The notes under the pieces were generated by a model. It searched no databases. It saw only the letters and a program-made list of their open reading frames with translations, and was not told where the DNA came from. A stretch of DNA of 64,000 bases, taken from an uncultured Ruficoccus sp. Lineage in GTDB: Bacteria; Verrucomicrobiota; Verrucomicrobiia; Opitutales; Cerasicoccaceae. Shown here one piece after another: positions 30,104 to 40,064 of the stretch (position 1 is the first letter of the stretch; every line of letters begins with the position of its first letter). Location: assembly GCA_965140785.1 (NCBI GenBank), contig OZ223489.1, positions 1 through 64,000 of the forward strand, written 5' to 3'. Both the position numbers and the translations under genes were made by a program.

Positions 30104-30767
30104 TTTCGGAGAGTTTCTTCTTACGGTGGCTTTGAATCAGGCGCCCGACAATCCCGAAAACCAGCAGCAGACTGATACCGAGGATGATCAGCCCCCACTG
30201 CCCCTCGAACAAGGCCCCGCCCGTCACGACAAAGCCCGCCACGATCACCAGCTGTGGCGGCAGAGAGACCCAGAAAAAAGTCCAAAAGGGAATCCGCGTC
30301 AGGCCCAGGAGGTAATTCTGAAGCGTGGCAGGAAAGCCCGGAATGACCCGGACCAGCAGCACGACCTTGGCATAATCCCCCTGCTCCACCTCGGGCGGGT
30401 GCACGCCACGCTCGCCCAGCCAGCGGCGAACCGGCTCCCGGAAAAAGGCGGCGATCCCATAGCCGAAGGCATTGTTGAGCGCGACACCGGCTGCCCCCAC
30501 CAACATGCCGACACCCTCCCCGTAGGCCATCCCGGCCAGAATGAGCAGGGGGCTGATGGGAAAACCCACCAGCGGCAGCAACGCAATGGCGGCCACAACA
30601 AAGGCCGGGTGCGTGTCCTCCAGCCAGCCGAGCACTACATCCTTGGACCGGACGATATCCTGTATGCTGAACGGCACGCCCCAGGCGGTGATGCCCACCA
30701 CGAGCGCCACCAGCAACAGCAGGACCACGGCGATCTTGATCCGGTGACGCAGGACGAGCTTTAGCAT
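30075..30767 (-). CDS. TVP38/TMEM64 (VTT/DedA) membrane protein
   Basis: AG.AYG, R.IPGFP...NYLLG...F..F. Confidence 0.85.
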   Translation of the reverse strand: MLKLVLRHRIKIAVVLLLLVALVVGITAWGVPFSIQDIVRSKDVVLGWLEDTHPAFVVAAIALLPLVGFPISPLLILAGMAYGEGVGMLVGAAGVALNNAFGYGIAAFFREPVRRWLGERGVHPPEVEQGDYAKVVLLVRVIPGFPATLQNYLLGLTRIPFWTFFWVSLPPQLVIVAGFVVTGGALFEGQWGLIILGISLLLVFGIVGRLIQSHRKKKLSENATDTDDTP

Positions 30768-30826
30768 AAGCGGGTCGAAGCTTAGGCATTGCGCCCGCAG
30801 GCCGACAACGCTTTATTGCCCGGGCG

Positions 30827-32713
30827 ATGCAAACGACTACTTTCAGGCTTGATGGGCACCGGCTCCTGTTACTGCTGCTGGTAGTAAGCGGGTTGTACAT
30901 GGCGGGCTTTTTCTTCTGGTACAGCGGCACCCCTCTGGGGCTGGTCCCTGTCCTCGATGGGCGGGAAAATCTCCTGCTGGCCAGCCAGATGGCCGACGGC
31001 AGCCTGCCGGTTGAGCCCTTTTACCGCGCTCCGCTCTATCCTTTTTTGCTGTCGCTGCCCCTGAGGCTCGGGTTTCCCACAGACGCGCTCCCGTTCATCG
31101 CCCGGCTGCTCAATGGCTATTTTCACCTCCTGAGCACCGCACTGGTCTTCGGCCTGAGTCTGCGGCTGTGGGCTTCGCGACCGGCGGCGCTGGTGAGCGG
31201 CCTGCTCGTAGGAGTAAATCCCGTGCTGTTGCACTTCGCCTCCGATCCACTGGATATTACCCTGGCCATTACGTGGCTGCTGCTGGCTTGCCACGCCGGG
31301 CTGTCCGCGCTTGAAAGCAAACGCCTGCGCCCGGCCCTGCTGGCGGGAGTGTTCCTGATCCTGGGCACGTACACGCGGCCTCACCTGCTGCCGGTCGCAC
31401 TGGCTTGCCCGCTGGCCTTGCTGCCGAGTTCGCGCAGGCAGGCCCTGGCAGCGTTGGCCACGGTGGTGGCGGGGATGGCGTTGTTCGGAGCGATCAATGC
31501 GGCGCGTAGCGGCAGCTTCACGATCCTGCCAACGCAGGGGGTGTACAACCTTTGGGCGGCGAACAAACCCGGAGCCAACGGCAGTTACTATATGCAGAGC
31601 ATCGACGTCAGCCAGAGCGGCGAGTATACCAACCCGGCCCGGCAGGAAGCCGACCTGCTCTACAGTCGGGAAACCGGACAGACTGCCGGAACGGATTTTT
31701 CCGCTGAACGTGCCTTCTGGCGCAAGAAGACGCTCGGCTCATTCCTCGACGAACCGGGCAGGTGGCTGGACCTGATGGTTCACAAGGCGGGCATCCTGCT
31801 CGGCAACTACGAGCCCTATAACAACAAAACCTACGCCTTTCACCGGGCACTTTCGCCCTGGTTGCGCTGGAATCCGCTGGGTTGGGCGCTGATTCTCGCG
31901 CTCGCGGTATTCGGTACGGTGAGCTTTCCTCAGCGCCCCGGAGTCCGGTTGATCGCTTTCTGGGCGCTGGTTTACGCCGCCGGCGTCCTGCTCTTTTATG
32001 TCAGCGCCCGTTTCCGGCTGCCGCTGGTTCCTTTGCTGGCCATCCTGGCCGGGGGGACGGTTCCGGCGCTGCGGGCTCTGGGCACCCGCCGCTGGATATG
32101 GGGCAGTCTGGGGCTGGCCGCCGGGGTATTCCTGGTCAGTCTCACCAACAGCCTCTCCGCGCCCAATACATCAACCACGAGCGAGGACTGTCTGCTCATC
32201 GCGCAAGCCTCCAATGAACTGGCCCGCGACGGGGAAACGCTCATCTGGGCCCGCCGCAGTTACGACAGACGCCCCACCCCCGCCGCTGCCGAACTGATCA
32301 CGCTGGCCCAGTTCAACCTCTGGCTCAGCGGAAGCCTCCCACCGCCGAGTGCGGAAGCACTGCGGGGTTATTTCCCGCTCGCCCAAGAAGCCGCCCGCGC
32401 CTCCCGGCAGGCCCGCTGGGTCCTGGGGGTCATGCGTTACAAAAGCGGCCAGCACGCAGAGGCGATTGAAATCTGGCAGGACCTCCTGGAGCCGAGGGAT
32501 TCCACCGCGGGCGACGCCCTGGCCATGCTCGTTCTGGAGCGGGAGCAGCCACCCAGAGAAAAATGGGAACGCCCGCTGGCTATCACCGCTCACTCACCGC
32601 TGTTGAAAATCGTGCTCCAGCGTCAGCGTTGGGGTCCCTCGGTCCTGACTGAGGGGCAACGGGACGCACTGGACTTTCTAACCGCTCCGCTCCCGCCTGT
32701 GAATAAGCCGTAA
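30827..32713 (+). CDS. GT-C fold (GT39/PMT-like) glycosyltransferase with C-terminal TPR-like region
   Basis: LDG early loop, PFYRAPLYP, about 11 TM helices, FYVSARFRLP. Confidence 0.7.
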   Translation: MQTTTFRLDGHRLLLLLLVVSGLYMAGFFFWYSGTPLGLVPVLDGRENLLLASQMADGSLPVEPFYRAPLYPFLLSLPLRLGFPTDALPFIARLLNGYFHLLSTALVFGLSLRLWASRPAALVSGLLVGVNPVLLHFASDPLDITLAITWLLLACHAGLSALESKRLRPALLAGVFLILGTYTRPHLLPVALACPLALLPSSRRQALAALATVVAGMALFGAINAARSGSFTILPTQGVYNLWAANKPGANGSYYMQSIDVSQSGEYTNPARQEADLLYSRETGQTAGTDFSAERAFWRKKTLGSFLDEPGRWLDLMVHKAGILLGNYEPYNNKTYAFHRALSPWLRWNPLGWALILALAVFGTVSFPQRPGVRLIAFWALVYAAGVLLFYVSARFRLPLVPLLAILAGGTVPALRALGTRRWIWGSLGLAAGVFLVSLTNSLSAPNTSTTSEDCLLIAQASNELARDGETLIWARRSYDRRPTPAAAELITLAQFNLWLSGSLPPPSAEALRGYFPLAQEAARASRQARWVLGVMRYKSGQHAEAIEIWQDLLEPRDSTAGDALAMLVLEREQPPREKWERPLAITAHSPLLKIVLQRQRWGPSVLTEGQRDALDFLTAPLPPVNKP

Positions 32714-32784
32714 AGCGGCTCTCACGGGCAAGGCCGGACTTGCAATCACCCCGGCGGCGGCCAAGACTCGGGCTTTGACTGATC

Positions 32785-33735
32785 ATGCACGCTGCCGCTG
32801 AGCCCACCCCACGCCTTTCCTTCGTCATCCCTGTTCTCAATGAAGGTGAGACGCTGAGCACCCTGAACGAAAAAATCGCCGCCGTCGTGCAGGCCCGCGA
32901 GCTGGGTTCCTTTGAGGTCATCTTTGTCGATGACGGCAGCACGGACCCCTCCTGGCAACGGATCTGCGACTTGAGCACCGAACACGGGCACGTGCGCGGC
33001 CTGCGCTTCCGGCGCAACTTCGGCAAAGCCGCCGCGCTGGCGGCGGGATTCGCCGAGGCCCGCGGAGAAATCGTTTTCACCCTCGATGCGGACCTTCAGG
33101 ACGACCCCGAAGAGATCCCCCGCTTCCTGGAAAAAATGGACGAAGGCTACGACCTCGTCAGCGGCTGGAAAAAGGACCGTCAGGACCCGCTGGAAAAGCG
33201 ATTGCCCTCGAAGCTGTTTAACGCCGTTGCCTGCCGGGCGGGCCGGGTCCGGCTGCATGACATGAACTGCGGCTTCAAGGCGTACCGGCGCGAGGTGCTT
33301 CCGCACCTCAACCTGTACGGAGAACTGCACCGCTACGTGCCGGTGCTGGCCCACGCCGAGGGCTTCAGCGTGACGGAGATCCCGGTCGTGCACCACCCCC
33401 GCGAGCACGGCGTCTCCAAGTACGGCTGGAAGCGCTACATCAAGGGCATGCTCGATCTGCTCACGGTGCTGGCCACTACGCGCTACCTCGACCGCCCCGG
33501 GCACCTCTTCGGCGGACTGGGGCTGGTTTCCTCCGCGGTCGGCTTTCTCATTCTGTTCTACATTTCCTGCATGAAGCTCATCGCGGGCATGCCCATCGGT
33601 GGACGGCCACTGTTCTTTCTGGGCATCCTGCTCCTGCTCCTGGGCTCACAGCTCATCTCACTGGGCGTAATCGGCGAGTTGCTTATCCGCTTCCAACGCC
33701 ACGACAGCAGCGCAAAAATCATTGAGCGCGTCTAG
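32785..33735 (+). CDS. GT2 polyprenol-phosphate glycosyltransferase (ArnC/GtrB/DPM-like)
   Basis: VIPVLNE, VDDGSTD, RNFGKAAA, DADLQDDP, HDMNCGFKAY; two C-terminal TM helices. Confidence 0.9.
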   Translation: MHAAAEPTPRLSFVIPVLNEGETLSTLNEKIAAVVQARELGSFEVIFVDDGSTDPSWQRICDLSTEHGHVRGLRFRRNFGKAAALAAGFAEARGEIVFTLDADLQDDPEEIPRFLEKMDEGYDLVSGWKKDRQDPLEKRLPSKLFNAVACRAGRVRLHDMNCGFKAYRREVLPHLNLYGELHRYVPVLAHAEGFSVTEIPVVHHPREHGVSKYGWKRYIKGMLDLLTVLATTRYLDRPGHLFGGLGLVSSAVGFLILFYISCMKLIAGMPIGGRPLFFLGILLLLLGSQLISLGVIGELLIRFQRHDSSAKIIERV

Positions 33736-34883
33736 AGCACTTTCGCTTTAACCTCGGCAACCAGACCCTCCAGCTTATTGGCGAGGGTTTCCCAGCCCTC
33801 GTCGGAGGGCAGGTTGGCCAGCGCCCGGGTCATCGGCGGAAGCAGGTTCTCCTCAAATACCCGCTTCATGGCTGCGGCCAGGGCATCGGGATCGTCAGGT
33901 TTGACCAGCAGCCCTTCTCTCCCGCCCTGCATAGAGCCGGAAAAAGCCGGCAAGTCACTAGCGATCACCGGCGATCCCATCCCCAGCGCCAATTGCAGCA
34001 CGCCACTGCCGGTAGCCGTCCGATAAGGCAAAACCACAATGTCACAGGCTTTAAAGTAGGGCTCGATTTCCTCCATTGGGATATAGCGATCCACAAATTC
34101 CACCTCGTGCTCAACATCCAAAGACTGAGCCAGTTCCCGATAGGCTGGATCATCTTTCCAAATTTCCCCGACCACCAGAGCACGCAAAGCGAAGTTCATT
34201 TGTTTCAACTGAGCAAGCGCGCGAATCAACACATCCACTCCTTTGTATGCGCGCACATAGCCGAAAAATAAAACCACCCGTTCCCGAGGCGACAGGCATA
34301 AATGCTCCCGCGCTTTCTGGCGATTCCACTGCCGGCGGTTATAAAAGGCGTAACTGGGGTGGGCGTGAATCGCATAGGGCTTGGGGTGGCGCAGGATCGC
34401 CTTGAGCTTGTCGGCTTCGGTGTCGCTCTGCACGAGGAAGGCATCGGCCCGGTTGAAAATAAAGCGGGCCCCCAGTCGGGTAAGCAGGCCGGCCTCGTGA
34501 TCCTGCACGTTATGGCACAGCAGTACACGCACGGGCCCGCCCCGCGAGGCCCACAGGAAGAGCGCGTAGAACGGTACCCAGAATACGACCCACCAGGGCA
34601 GGATGACGGCGTCGTAGCCACGTGCTCGCCGCCCGGCCCGCCACCAGCTGAGGGGGCTATAGGTATCCAGGCAATACTCGATGCCCTCCCGGGCCATGTT
34701 AACCTGACCGGGCTCCAACTGCGAGCGGCCCGGGTACAGCCATTTCCAAAATTGCCGCCGATAGCCGAAAAAGTCCACCGTTGCGCGTTTGCGCAGCGTA
34801 TCATACAGGAGGGTGGAATAAGCTGCGATCCCACCCCGGAAGGGATGAGACGGACCGATCAGTAGGAAACGCGTGTTGGGCAT
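33732..34883 (-). CDS. GT4 glycosyltransferase
   Basis: GPSHPFRGGIA, LFFGYVRAYKG, LPYRTATGSGV. Confidence 0.9.
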   Translation of the reverse strand: MPNTRFLLIGPSHPFRGGIAAYSTLLYDTLRKRATVDFFGYRRQFWKWLYPGRSQLEPGQVNMAREGIEYCLDTYSPLSWWRAGRRARGYDAVILPWWVVFWVPFYALFLWASRGGPVRVLLCHNVQDHEAGLLTRLGARFIFNRADAFLVQSDTEADKLKAILRHPKPYAIHAHPSYAFYNRRQWNRQKAREHLCLSPRERVVLFFGYVRAYKGVDVLIRALAQLKQMNFALRALVVGEIWKDDPAYRELAQSLDVEHEVEFVDRYIPMEEIEPYFKACDIVVLPYRTATGSGVLQLALGMGSPVIASDLPAFSGSMQGGREGLLVKPDDPDALAAAMKRVFEENLLPPMTRALANLPSDEGWETLANKLEGLVAEVKAKVL

Positions 34884-34906
34884 TGTGCTCGCCAAAGGCA
34901 AGGGTT

Positions 34907-35959
34907 ATGAATTTGTCTTTTGTATTTACGAAGACAATGAAGGCGGAGCAAACAAAAGCGGAACCGCATGCCAAAGGCGTCAAGACGCCACCGTGGCGCA
35001 GAGCCGCCTCGGCACTGCTGGCCGTGGTGCTACTGGCCGGAATCGGCCGCCTGCTTTATGTCAACCAAGACCAGTTCCGGTCCATTCATCAGATTTCAAT
35101 TCCTCTGACTATTGTTATCGCGCTGAGCTTCCTGGTGGATTACGGGCTGATCGGCACGATTCTCAACACGTGCGCGCGCGCTCTGGGGTACCCGCTGCGT
35201 GCCCGCGAATATCTCGGTTTGAGCTATATGGGCGGCCTCTACAGCCTCGCCCTGCCGATGCAGGGCGGCCTATTCTTCAAGTCGTATTATCTTAAAGTCC
35301 ACCAGGGCATGCCGCTCAAGCTGTTTACCCTGATCTCGTTGCTGCAGATGCTGTTCTTCATACTGGTTTCCGCTGTCATGGGCGCGACCTTGATCGTATT
35401 TTCAGGCTACCCCATCAAGGACGAGTTACTGGTGATCCTGCTTTGCTTTGTGGGCATCGCCGTTGTGTCGGCCTGCATGATTAGCGGGCATCTACTGATC
35501 AAGCTGCTGGGAAGTAAATATGAGTTTATGCGGCAGTTTTCAGCCAGTTGGAAGCAGCTTGTTCATTCTCATCGATTTTGGAGCCTGATTGGGCAGAGCC
35601 TGCTACGCGCGTGCCTGGGGCCAATTCGTATCTACCTGACTTTTCATGCCCTGGGCCTGCCAGTCTCCTTCTACGATGTCATGATCGCAGGCTTCAGCCT
35701 AATGGTCATCGGCTGCTTTAGCATCACACCTGGTAACCTCGGCGTCCGCGAACTGGTTCTGGGTTTTATCATGACCCTGCTGGGCTACTCCGCCGCCCAG
35801 GTGGTACTGGTCGGTGTGGTAGAACGGGCGATCCAAATTCTGGTCTTAATTCCCAGCGGTCTGGGCTCGACTCTGCTGCTTTTTGGCCGGCTGTGGATTA
35901 CACGCTCAAGTCAGATACCATCAGCCGAGCCCGATTATACCCCAAACAAAAATGAATGA
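34907..35959 (+). CDS. UPF0104 / LPG-synthase TM domain (flippase-like) membrane protein
   Basis: Multi-TM protein; LP.QGG; ITPGNLGVRE. Alternative start at 34937. Confidence 0.8.
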   Translation: MNLSFVFTKTMKAEQTKAEPHAKGVKTPPWRRAASALLAVVLLAGIGRLLYVNQDQFRSIHQISIPLTIVIALSFLVDYGLIGTILNTCARALGYPLRAREYLGLSYMGGLYSLALPMQGGLFFKSYYLKVHQGMPLKLFTLISLLQMLFFILVSAVMGATLIVFSGYPIKDELLVILLCFVGIAVVSACMISGHLLIKLLGSKYEFMRQFSASWKQLVHSHRFWSLIGQSLLRACLGPIRIYLTFHALGLPVSFYDVMIAGFSLMVIGCFSITPGNLGVRELVLGFIMTLLGYSAAQVVLVGVVERAIQILVLIPSGLGSTLLLFGRLWITRSSQIPSAEPDYTPNKNE

Positions 35960-35981
35960 GCCAATAGGGGCCTCAGCTAAT

Positions 35982-37718
35982 TCACTGAACCGGAACAGTG
36001 GCGGGGGCAGACGCCTCGTCAGCCTCCGGCGCCGAGGGTTCTGGGCTTTCCGCCTGGATGGATAACCGCCCACGCACGTCCTTGACCACAGCCAAGGGAA
36101 CGCCATAGCGCTCGACCACGTGGATGATCTTCCCGTTCATCCGCTGATCGAAATTCAACCGTGTCAGGCTGATAAAGAAATCCGGGTCGTCTTTCCATCG
36201 AACCAGCCTGAAGCGCTCAGGCAGCGACATCATGGCTAACCACACGGGAGCCGTCGTCGCGACTCGGTATTCACGCTGTGGCTCCGTGTGCCGGTCCAAC
36301 CACAGATTGGCCTCGCGCAGTGAGGTGCCCCAGTATTCAGTTTCGTAGCGCCCGGCTTTGTCCACCACCCCGCCGCCGAGCTGATTGAAGTACATGTATT
36401 CGTAGGGATGCAGACGGTACAGCACTACCATTTGGATGGCCATCATGGCCGCCAGTGCCCCCACCGCCAGGGTCCGCCAGTGTGGTCGTTTCCGCTCCAG
36501 GTAATCCAGCAGGCAAACCCAGGCAAAGGCCGCCAGGCAGGCCAGCGGCGGCAGCACAAAAAGCAAGTGACGTATCCCGTCATAGAGGATCGAATCGCGG
36601 GCAATTACGTAAACGAACGGAAAACAGACCGCCACCGCTACGACCAGCCAGGGCATACCTTGCGGCGAAAAAACCGTCCGCAGCGAATGGCGGAGATTCC
36701 CTGCGAACAGAGCCCCGCCCGTCATGAGTACGAGAAACAGAAAATCCGGAACGGTGATGCCCATCCACGTCAGGGGGTAATACCAGGGCAAATCCGCGGC
36801 CCGGAACAACGTTCCCTGAAAAAGCACATAGCCGCCCCAGGGATACTCCGAGACAACGGCCACGGCTTCATAGATTTTGTACAGCGGGTTGCTATGGATG
36901 GACGGCCACCAGGGGATGAGCACCAACACGGAAACACCGAGCATGACCACTCCATGTATCGATATTCTGAATACGTTCGCCATCCACTCCCGGCTGATGC
37001 GGCGCGCTGCAAATAATTCCCTCAGCAGGACGAGCCCGGCATAGCCGGCAACATATCCGAAAACGACAAGTCCGCCGATACGCAGAGCCAGGGTCAGGCC
37101 AATTACGACCCCCAGGGCGAGCGTAGCGCCCAGGCGGGGCCGAGGCAACCAGCGCCCCCAGCGCAACAGAAAATACAATGACCAGGTCATGCCGGCGGCA
37201 AAGGGGATATCCTTGGGATTGAAAAACATGTGCCCGTAGAAACGCGGCGTCATGCACAGAAACAACACACACCAGAACGCCAGCCGATCTCCCCCCAGCA
37301 AGCGACCGATCGCCCAGACCCCCACGAGCGCAGCCAATCCGAAGGCCAGACTGAAGCCATGTCCCACCGCCAGCAGTCCGAAGGGGAGCACTTCGTTGGC
37401 AAGCGCTACCGAAAGGTCAAACAACCCCGGATAGCTGTCCTCAGCCGGAAGTACCGCCTGCGCATCTCCGCCGGAGAGCAGGACTTTGTAATAGAGAAGT
37501 TTTTCCTGCCCCCCCTGCCAGCGAAAATACTCGTCCCAGCTCATGCCGTAGTCCGGCAGCGAATGCAGCCCCCAAGCCGCCACCACCACGAATAACAAGA
37601 GCGAAGCCCAGCGGTAAAAACGGACGGAGGCTGTAAGAGGCGACCGCTGAGGACAGGCCTCGTACTCGCAAAAGGAATCTGAGACCCGAGGCATTTCTAT
37701 GGTACGTTCTTGCCCCAT
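35982..37718 (-). CDS. GT-C fold (GT39/ArnT-like) glycosyltransferase
   Basis: DYGMSWDE, PRFYGH.F.NPKDIPF, LYDGIRH, HPYEY.YFN, ETEYWG. Confidence 0.8.
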   Translation of the reverse strand: MGQERTIEMPRVSDSFCEYEACPQRSPLTASVRFYRWASLLLFVVVAAWGLHSLPDYGMSWDEYFRWQGGQEKLLYYKVLLSGGDAQAVLPAEDSYPGLFDLSVALANEVLPFGLLAVGHGFSLAFGLAALVGVWAIGRLLGGDRLAFWCVLFLCMTPRFYGHMFFNPKDIPFAAGMTWSLYFLLRWGRWLPRPRLGATLALGVVIGLTLALRIGGLVVFGYVAGYAGLVLLRELFAARRISREWMANVFRISIHGVVMLGVSVLVLIPWWPSIHSNPLYKIYEAVAVVSEYPWGGYVLFQGTLFRAADLPWYYPLTWMGITVPDFLFLVLMTGGALFAGNLRHSLRTVFSPQGMPWLVVAVAVCFPFVYVIARDSILYDGIRHLLFVLPPLACLAAFAWVCLLDYLERKRPHWRTLAVGALAAMMAIQMVVLYRLHPYEYMYFNQLGGGVVDKAGRYETEYWGTSLREANLWLDRHTEPQREYRVATTAPVWLAMMSLPERFRLVRWKDDPDFFISLTRLNFDQRMNGKIIHVVERYGVPLAVVKDVRGRLSIQAESPEPSAPEADEASAPATVPVQ

Positions 37719-39508
37719 ACCTTCAGGTATTCCCCGACGTTTTTGTATGTTTCGGGCTCAATCAATTCGACGTTCTTCACATCGGTGATCCGCTTAAAGC
37801 TCACTTTGCGCATGTGCGTGTAGGCCTTCTCCCACACAGTCTCCGTAACGAAATCCTCATCCAGGTCACCTAATGAACTCGGCTCAAAAGTCCGCTGAAC
37901 CGGATTATAAACAGACGGAGAGAAATAGTAGATGGAGGGGCTGTTTGGCTGGCTGAGATAGTATTTGAATGCTTCCTTGCGCAGATTGGCCAGGGGTGTC
38001 GAGAGAACATCCGTGCCAAATAAAGTAAAGAACATGACATCATCTGCAATGATCATCATGCGCTCTCCCTCGTGCTCCTTGAGAAACTGCTCTGCCAGTG
38101 CATACTCGTGCGTCGCCTGATAGGTGAGTCCATACCGACGCTGTGAAGTGACCGGGAAAACGTAACCGATAAAATAGACGGCCAGAAGGATCGCGGTAAT
38201 GCGGTGGAATCGAACGCTGTGACAGTAGCCGAAAAGCAGATATGAACCCGCAATAGCGAAAGGGATCCCCAACGGCAGGCTCAAACGCTGAATAATAGGG
38301 TTATCAAATTCCCATCCATAGCACAGCAACAGCAAAAACAAGAGGACAAACCCTGAGATGAAAATAATCCCGGCCTGCATCAGGGGTGACAACTGGCGGA
38401 AACTGCGCCAGCGACGCGCCCCTCTCACCAGAAACAGCAGGAGGGCCACCAACCCAATCGCGGCCAGCAGCCAGGAATTGGGCGTGCCACTGCCGAAATC
38501 GAAAAAGAAGTTAACGGCGCGACCGATATTGTCATAAGCGTATTTAAAGCCGAATGGCTCCAGATCCCGTCCATTTGTCCCCATTTGCCACATTTGCTCT
38601 GACACCCGAAACACCCGCTGTTGCCACAGATAGGGAATGAGGAACACCGGGCACAGAATCAACAGCCACGGAACGATCAGCTCACGCATGCGTATCCAGG
38701 ACCAGATCACGATAAGCCCGACCGGAAGCACAAACAAAACGGTTTCATACCGGCACTGTGCCATCAGCAAGGCACTGTAAATGAAAGCCCCCAGCCGATT
38801 GTCATCTGGAGCCTTCAGGTAATATCCACCGAGCAGGCACGTCAGCAGAATTAAAAACATGTTCAGCGGCTGTAAGCCACCCCCCGCACACATGTACCCC
38901 AGCAACGGGACGGAACAAAAGAGCGCTACCGCCCCCGCACCCGCCAGTACTCCCCCCAGCCGTTCACTGAGGACATAAAGCAAAAACAGGAGGCAGGGGG
39001 TCAGCAGGATATTCAGATACACGCCATTGCGAGGCCGGAAACCGGTCAGGTCGTGAACCACCGAAACCAGAAACGGCTGCACAATCGGACGCTTGTCGAT
39101 GAAGCCCCGCAGCCCCAAAGGCTCAGCGTTCATCGAAATGATTCGGGTCAGGGTATAGGGCTCCCGCTCCTTATGCATAGTCATAGCCGTCGAGGCCAGG
39201 ATATGCTCATCCATCACGGTTTTAAAATCCCATGTTTCAGCCCGCAGTAAGACGACCGATCCCAGCACGGCGGCCAGCAGGCCAATTCGACCACTGCGCG
39301 AGCATACGTAGGTCCAGATCTTCGGCCAGGATTGGCGATACCCACGCCAAAGCCAGTAGAAGAAGAGGGCAAAATTAAGCGCTAAGACCCAATAGCCCGT
39401 ATACCGAAAAAAAACCAGCACCCGCTGATCGCTGAAGGCAATGAAACCAGTATAAAACGAGGCAATACCTATCAGGACGAATAATAAAACTCGCTTCCGA
39501 TTCTGCAT
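37697..39508 (-). CDS. polytopic membrane protein, probable GT-C glycosyltransferase, directly downstream of the pilin
   Basis: KTVMDE acidic early loop, DKRP, about 12 TM helices, QCRYE, soluble C-terminal domain; low GC. Confidence 0.6.
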   Translation of the reverse strand: MQNRKRVLLFVLIGIASFYTGFIAFSDQRVLVFFRYTGYWVLALNFALFFYWLWRGYRQSWPKIWTYVCSRSGRIGLLAAVLGSVVLLRAETWDFKTVMDEHILASTAMTMHKEREPYTLTRIISMNAEPLGLRGFIDKRPIVQPFLVSVVHDLTGFRPRNGVYLNILLTPCLLFLLYVLSERLGGVLAGAGAVALFCSVPLLGYMCAGGGLQPLNMFLILLTCLLGGYYLKAPDDNRLGAFIYSALLMAQCRYETVLFVLPVGLIVIWSWIRMRELIVPWLLILCPVFLIPYLWQQRVFRVSEQMWQMGTNGRDLEPFGFKYAYDNIGRAVNFFFDFGSGTPNSWLLAAIGLVALLLFLVRGARRWRSFRQLSPLMQAGIIFISGFVLLFLLLLCYGWEFDNPIIQRLSLPLGIPFAIAGSYLLFGYCHSVRFHRITAILLAVYFIGYVFPVTSQRRYGLTYQATHEYALAEQFLKEHEGERMMIIADDVMFFTLFGTDVLSTPLANLRKEAFKYYLSQPNSPSIYYFSPSVYNPVQRTFEPSSLGDLDEDFVTETVWEKAYTHMRKVSFKRITDVKNVELIEPETYKNVGEYLKVWGKNVP

Positions 39509-39515
39509 AGGAAAC

Positions 39516-39546
39516 AAAAAAGCCGCTCATATAAAAATGAGCGGCT
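39516..39546 (-). terminator. intrinsic terminator/attenuator after the pilin
   Basis: AGCCGCTCAT-N-ATGAGCGGCT hairpin with a T-run on the minus strand. Confidence 0.8.
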
Positions 39547-39567
39547 GAAAATTAAACCGTCAATGTT

Positions 39568-39924
39568 TTAGTAGGTGAAAACGACGGACTCGCCACTTTT
39601 CATCGTGACCTTGAGGGTGCCCCCGGTTTCCTTAACGACAAGGGTACCGTAATTTTCGCCAGCCACTGTCGCAATGGAGGGGAAGTACTCATTAGAAGTC
39701 GGTCCAGCCAACTTCGCATATGCAACTTGATCGACGCCTTCTTCGAGGATATAGCGTTGACCGGCGGAAGAGACCTGGCGCAGGTTGTTCACGATGGTCT
39801 TTTCACGTGATTCCTGACGGACCTTGTTGAAGGCGGGGATGGCCATGGCGGCGAGGAGGCCGATGATGACCACGACAATCATAATTTCAACGAGGGTAAA
39901 ACCCTTCTTGCTATTCTTGTTCAT
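39568..39924 (-). CDS. type IV pilin / prepilin (class III signal peptide)
   Basis: MNKNSKKG|FTLVEIMIVVVIIGLLAAMAIP; 110-aa mature protein; CAGGAG RBS. Confidence 0.92.
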   Translation of the reverse strand: MNKNSKKGFTLVEIMIVVVIIGLLAAMAIPAFNKVRQESREKTIVNNLRQVSSAGQRYILEEGVDQVAYAKLAGPTSNEYFPSIATVAGENYGTLVVKETGGTLKVTMKSGESVVFTY

Positions 39925-40064
39925 GATATTCTCCTGTATTGATTATATTATAGGCGAAGGGGCATGGCCCCATCTGACCTAACAGTAGTTACTGATAACC
40001 CCTTATTACAAGCATAAAAGTATCCCCATGCGGATTAGCATGATTTTTACTTATAATGACTTAC

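Noticed and set aside
9355..33749. 24-kb composite transposon bounded by the 18-bp inverted repeats
   Set aside because: The ends face away from the enclosed DNA, which is housekeeping, and no transposase is present.
39568..39924. Electrically conductive (e-) pilin
   Set aside because: Only 9 aromatic residues in 110, with long aromatic-free gaps; no cytochrome context.
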